From: Candidatus Hydrogenedentota bacterium
Lineage (GTDB): Bacteria > Hydrogenedentota > Hydrogenedentia > Hydrogenedentales > SLHB01
Reading direction: 5' to 3'
Length of the DNA stretch: 64,000 nt
NCBI GenBank assembly: GCA_963674865.2
Contig: CAXXYE010000008.1
Location: 64,001-128,000, forward strand
Positions 59,442 to 64,000 of this stretch are shown here, one piece after another. A program made the position numbers and the translations under genes. Within the stretch, counting starts at the first letter, position 1. Each line of letters opens with the position of its first letter. The notes under the pieces are model-generated. The model was not told the DNA's origin and did not search any database. It saw only the letters and a program-made list of their open reading frames with translations.

Positions 59442-61055
59442 TTAGAACTGGATGCCCGTATCCACGTAGAAGTAGTCGGCGTCGTCGTCATCCGACCCCA
59501 TCGTATTCGCGAAGTTCATAAGGTCTACGTAGTGTCCCTCGGCCATACCGTCGCCGGTGAACAGGTGCTCCCAGCCGAACGCGATGTAAAGATCGTCGCT
59601 GTACGCATACGTGAGCTTCAGGGTCGTCAACCAGCCGAGTTCATCATCGCCGTCGCGGTCCCAGAAGGTAAGCACGGGGAACAGCGGCCGCTTCTGGAGG
59701 AAAGGCAGGCGGCTCTTCTCGAAAAGGTAGACCCTCGGGTGCTCAAACGGGTCGAACACGCTGAGATACGCCACTTGGACGCTGGTCGAGAGCTTCTCCG
59801 TCGGCGCGGCATCCACGCCTAACCGCCCTTGCCAGAGGTTCGTGAACACCTGGCCGTCGTCGAACATGCCCGCGAGAGTCTGGCTCGAGAAAAGTCGGTT
59901 GAAACCAAGGTTCGCATGAGGCTGGTACAGGATGCCCGGATACCTGCTGAAGGTCTGCCAGACGTCATTGCCGCGATTGTCCGCGCCCTCGAAGAGCGCC
60001 CCGCCCACGTACACCCGGGGCTGCCAGGCAACGTCGAACGTATAGCCGACCTCGACATCCGCCCCGATGAAGTCCGGATTGGGCCGCGAGTCGCTATAAA
60101 GCGCTCCCCACTCACGCGTTAGGTGGCCTGCCGTCCCGGAATAACCTCGCTGGCGGGCGACCTCGAGGTCGTAGTCCAGCCCGCCCCACCGGCCAAACAG
60201 CCGCACGCCATACGTGTAGATGTTGGTTGGGCGGTACTTATCCACGTTGAAGACTTCTTCCACCCACTCGCCGAAGGGGCCATACACCTGATCCTCGATG
60301 CTCTGTGCATCGCGCAGCCACAAGAAGTAAACGGACGCCTGAAGCGGCTTGAATCCCTTATAGGTGCCGTAAACACCGTAGAAATCCGCATCGCCATCCT
60401 CCTCAACCGGACTTCGCTCCGCCAGCTTGCTCCAGAATGCATCCACTTCGTAGTCTTCCGCATCAAACGTCAGCCGAACCGCGTCGAACGGCTGGGCGAG
60501 TGTCTCTATGGACGTCTCGCCGACGAGCCATCCCTTGCCGAGCGTGATGAGCTGCCTGCCGATCCGCAGCCGCAAGGGCTGGCCAAACAGGTTATCCGCT
60601 TCGATATAGGCCTCGATGAATTCCAGATCATCAGCCGTTGCCGCCCTGGCGTCCGCGCCGGTGATGTAATTCGAGCGGAAATCCTCGCCCCAGACGTCGT
60701 AGGATTCGAGCGTGATGACGGCGTTGACGTCCTCCGTGAAGTCGGCCTTGACGCCAAGTGTTGTCCGCTGCTCCACGTACTTGAGGTCGGCGCCGCGGTC
60801 ATCCCAGTCAAACCGGGACCACAAGCCGCCCCGCGGCGGGAACACCACATCGCCCAAAGGACGGCTCGGCCAGAACCGGGCGGCTACGTAGTTGGCCCAT
60901 CCGTTGCCGTCTGCCCAGACATTGCGCCAATAGCGCCCCCGTGCCCTTACCTCGCCCCCAACCTCGACATTCTGCAACTCGGCCACGGCCGGCAAAGCCG
61001 ACGCGAACAGCACGAGCATGATGATACTCCGCTGCCACCAACTCCCTGGACGCAT
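59442..61055 (-). CDS. Alginate export (AlgE-like) family outer-membrane beta-barrel
   Basis: Signal peptide, RIGRQ.I.LG, FDAVR, amphipathic strands, C-terminal Phe; GGAGG RBS before ATG 61055. Confidence 0.78.
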   Translation of the reverse strand: MRPGSWWQRSIIMLVLFASALPAVAELQNVEVGGEVRARGRYWRNVWADGNGWANYVAARFWPSRPLGDVVFPPRGGLWSRFDWDDRGADLKYVEQRTTLGVKADFTEDVNAVITLESYDVWGEDFRSNYITGADARAATADDLEFIEAYIEADNLFGQPLRLRIGRQLITLGKGWLVGETSIETLAQPFDAVRLTFDAEDYEVDAFWSKLAERSPVEEDGDADFYGVYGTYKGFKPLQASVYFLWLRDAQSIEDQVYGPFGEWVEEVFNVDKYRPTNIYTYGVRLFGRWGGLDYDLEVARQRGYSGTAGHLTREWGALYSDSRPNPDFIGADVEVGYTFDVAWQPRVYVGGALFEGADNRGNDVWQTFSRYPGILYQPHANLGFNRLFSSQTLAGMFDDGQVFTNLWQGRLGVDAAPTEKLSTSVQVAYLSVFDPFEHPRVYLFEKSRLPFLQKRPLFPVLTFWDRDGDDELGWLTTLKLTYAYSDDLYIAFGWEHLFTGDGMAEGHYVDLMNFANTMGSDDDDADYFYVDTGIQF

Positions 61056-61207
61056 GCTCCATTCCTCCCGCTTAAGTGTCAACCATTTCCACGCGTGAAC
61101 GCCAAACGTGGCCATAGTCTACTTACTCGACAGCCGTTTCACAATGCCCGCGCGGCTGGACACGGCTGTCTACAACCAAAGGGCACTTGGCGGGTATAAT
61201 CGGCCCC

Positions 61208-63853
61208 ATGGCGAAGAAGCAGAACTGGAAGAAGCTCGGGGAAGTTACTCAGGCGAAACTCACGCCCATGCTTCGGCAATACCTCGATGCTAAGGCAGAG
61301 AGTGGCGATTCGATCCTCTTTTTCCGTATGGGCGATTTCTTCGAGATGTTCTTCGAGGATGCCATTGAGGCGGCCGGACTCCTCGGACTTGCCCTTACCT
61401 CGCGCGACGGTGCGGATAAGGAAGAGCGCGTGCCCATGTGCGGTGTGCCCCATCGCGCCGTGGACTCGTACATCGCTCGCCTGATCAGGGCCGGAAAGAC
61501 CGTTACGATATGCGATCAGGTCGAGGATCCTAAAGAGGCCAAGGGCGTCGTCAAGCGCGCCGTAGTCCGGACTATCACGCCCGGTACCGTGATTGAGCCC
61601 GAACTGCTCGAGGAAACGGCGAACAACTACCTCGCCGCCATGCTCACGCGAGACGGCCTCTCTGGCCTGGCTCTCGTGGACGTCAGCACCGGTGAGTTCC
61701 TTGCCGCGGAGATCGCCGGGGACGTGCAGCGCATTCTTGCCGACGAGTTGACCCGCACCGCTCCTGCCGAGGTGCTCGTGCCGGACACGATGGATGGAGA
61801 CGTACTGGAAAGGTTGCGGCAGCGCTTTGGCGGGATCGCTTTCACACCGCGGGCGGAAGATGAGTTCGACGCGGCTATGGCTCGCGACCGCCTCTTGGAC
61901 CAGTTCGGGCTCAGCACCCTCAAGGGGATAGGCCTTGACGATGTCCCGGAGGCCCTCGCATGCGCTGGCGCCGCTCTTGCCTATGTCAAGGCGACGCAAC
62001 GCGAAGCCGCCCCGCACTTGCGTTTGCCAAGGCTCTACAGCCCCTCCGGATATGTCGTGCTCGACGGCAATACACAGCGCAACCTGGAGTTGATCGAGTC
62101 CCTGGCTGATAAGTCCCGGCGCGGCACGCTCTTGAGTGTTCTGGACCGCACCAAAACCAGCATGGGAGGGCGCAAGATCCGCCAGTGGATATTGCATCCC
62201 CTACTTGATGTGGACGAGATCCGGGCGCGGATGGACGCAGTCGAGGCGCTGTACGACGACGCCGAACGCCGACTTGGCCTGAAGGATGTGTTTGCGGGCG
62301 TCGCAGATCTCGAGCGGTTGCTGGGGCGTTTGACCTCAAAGGCGGGGAATGCCCGCGACCTGCGGGCGTTGGGGCGTTCCCTCGAAAAAGTCCCCGAACT
62401 TCGGACCGCCTTGGAAGGCATCGATGCTCCTCTCCTCGCTGGGCTGCGAGACGGAATGGACGACTGCGCCGACGTGGCCGGCTGGATTGAGGAAGCCATC
62501 GTGGATGAGCCGCCACTTGCCATTACCGAGGCGAATCTCTTCAAAGAGGGACATGACGAGGAACTCGATAGGCTGCGTGGCCTCGTTCGGGGGGGACGCG
62601 ACTGGATCGCCACACTGCAGCGTGAGGAGAGCAGCCGGACTGGCATCCCCAACCTGCGCGTCGGCTACAACAAAGTCTTCGGCTACTACATCGAGGTAAC
62701 AAAGTCGTATACCGGCCAAGTGCCCGAGGATTACGAGCGCAAGCAGACGCTCGTCAACGCCGAGCGCTACGTGATCCCCGCGCTCAAGTCGCGCGAAGAG
62801 GAGATCGTCACGGCCCAAGAGCGCATGCAGCGACTCGAATACGATCTGTTTTGTGCGCTCCGAGAAAAGGTGTCCGGCGAGGCCAGGCGAATTCGTGAGA
62901 CGGCCGACGCCCTTGCTACCGTCGACGTCCTGCTTTCTTTCGCGGAAGTGGCCGCGACGAAGAGCTATGCCAAGGCCCGCGTCGGCGACGGCGAGAGGCT
63001 GCGTATCCGGGAGGGCCGCCATCCCGTTGTCGAGGACATCATGCCACGCAACGAGTTCGTGCCGAACGACGTTGTTCTCGACCCCGCGACCACGTCGCTG
63101 CTCATCGTGACCGGCCCCAACATGGCGGGCAAATCCACGTATCTCCGTCAAGTGGCCCTCATCACGCTCATGGCGCAGATTGGCAGTTTCGTCCCCGCAG
63201 CCGAGGCGGAGATCGGCGTCGTGGACCGCATCTTCACCCGCGTCGGCGCGTCGGATAACCTCGTTCGCGGTGAGAGTACCTTCATGGTGGAGATGATCGA
63301 GACGGCCAATATCCTCAACGCCGCCACGGAACGCAGCCTTGTCGTGCTCGATGAAATAGGCCGCGGTACGAGCACGTTCGACGGGATCAGCATCGCGTGG
63401 TCCGTGGCCGAGCACATTCATGACCACGTTCGCGCCAAGACGGTGTTCGCCACGCACTACCACGAACTGACGGAACTTGCCGCGAAGCTCGAACGTGGGA
63501 AGAACGTCAACGTGGCCGTGCGAGAGTGGGGGGGGAGGGTCGTTTTTCTGTACCGCATTGTGGATGGCGGTGCCGACCACAGCTACGGGATACAGGTCGC
63601 CAAGCTGGCTGGCTTGCCCCGGGACGTCATCGAGCGCGCCCATGAGATTCTCGAATCCCTCGAATCCGGCAACGCCGCGGCCGTCGGCTTGCCCGAGCAA
63701 ATGTACCTTTTCGGCCCGCAGCAACACGCCGAGCCCAGTCGCATCGAGAAGGAACTCGAAACCGTCGACCCCGACGCGCTAAGTCCCCGCGAGGCCCAAG
63801 ATCTCCTCTACCACCTCAAGCATCTCCTCAACCGCCCGCGCAACGAGGGGTGA
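61208..63853 (+). CDS. mutS: DNA mismatch repair protein MutS
   Basis: TPML.QY, FRMGDFFEMF, TGPNMAGKST, STFMVEM, DEIGRGTST, ATHYHEL, SYGIQVA. Confidence 0.97.
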   Translation: MAKKQNWKKLGEVTQAKLTPMLRQYLDAKAESGDSILFFRMGDFFEMFFEDAIEAAGLLGLALTSRDGADKEERVPMCGVPHRAVDSYIARLIRAGKTVTICDQVEDPKEAKGVVKRAVVRTITPGTVIEPELLEETANNYLAAMLTRDGLSGLALVDVSTGEFLAAEIAGDVQRILADELTRTAPAEVLVPDTMDGDVLERLRQRFGGIAFTPRAEDEFDAAMARDRLLDQFGLSTLKGIGLDDVPEALACAGAALAYVKATQREAAPHLRLPRLYSPSGYVVLDGNTQRNLELIESLADKSRRGTLLSVLDRTKTSMGGRKIRQWILHPLLDVDEIRARMDAVEALYDDAERRLGLKDVFAGVADLERLLGRLTSKAGNARDLRALGRSLEKVPELRTALEGIDAPLLAGLRDGMDDCADVAGWIEEAIVDEPPLAITEANLFKEGHDEELDRLRGLVRGGRDWIATLQREESSRTGIPNLRVGYNKVFGYYIEVTKSYTGQVPEDYERKQTLVNAERYVIPALKSREEEIVTAQERMQRLEYDLFCALREKVSGEARRIRETADALATVDVLLSFAEVAATKSYAKARVGDGERLRIREGRHPVVEDIMPRNEFVPNDVVLDPATTSLLIVTGPNMAGKSTYLRQVALITLMAQIGSFVPAAEAEIGVVDRIFTRVGASDNLVRGESTFMVEMIETANILNAATERSLVVLDEIGRGTSTFDGISIAWSVAEHIHDHVRAKTVFATHYHELTELAAKLERGKNVNVAVREWGGRVVFLYRIVDGGADHSYGIQVAKLAGLPRDVIERAHEILESLESGNAAAVGLPEQMYLFGPQQHAEPSRIEKELETVDPDALSPREAQDLLYHLKHLLNRPRNEG

Positions 63854-63943
63854 GTCTCGGCCAACGGCCTGAAGTCCGTGCCAACCTTTCGGCAGTGCAG
63901 TGGCTCCTATTGTGCAGAGAGTATTACCAAGCGGTGAGGTAAC

Positions 63944-64000
63944 GTGAGCGACCTTGAAGAGCTGGTTTGCCGTGCGCGGCAACGAGATGTAGACGCCTTT
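63944..64000 (+). CDS. 5' end of a probable ECF sigma factor (truncated by the window edge)
   Basis: GAGGT RBS, then GTG start: MSDLEELVCRARQRDVDAF, the typical ECF 'LV..A..GD..AF' N-terminus. Confidence 0.6.
   Translation, partial: MSDLEELVCRARQRDVDAF

Overview
GC-rich bacterial chromosomal window. Lineage is probably Candidatus Hydrogenedentes or a relative; this is an inference from the protein repertoire and was not tested. Core genes: a class-V aminotransferase with serA; rpsF-ssb-rpsR-DUF2232-rplI-dnaB-dapA-dapB; pfkA; a str-S10-spc-alpha ribosomal superoperon (39.9-59.3 kb) with no rpmD/L30 or rpsD/S4 at their usual positions; and mutS. Accessory genes (3-12 kb and 18.6-39.5 kb) include carbohydrate, sulfate and methyl-transfer enzymes, an ECF sigma/anti-sigma pair and several unknown lipoproteins. 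Most notable observations: (1) a single-ORF fusion of a URO-D/MtaA-like barrel, a desulforedoxin-type Fe(Cys)4 domain and a CmcI-type SAM methyltransferase, ending a lipoprotein operon next to a frameshifted YitJ; (2) a ~300-nt densely base-paired rpsG-fusA spacer that can sequester the fusA RBS; (3) a ~16-aa insertion in ribosomal protein S12; (4) a 39-bp element (36/39 identical) present twice, 24 kb apart, upstream of promoters; (5) a MITE/REP-like insertion upstream of yitJ; (6) an SSB-like C-terminal tail on DnaB; (7) a truncated spore-photoproduct-lyase-like remnant. No rRNA, tRNA, CRISPR array or intact transposase was seen.
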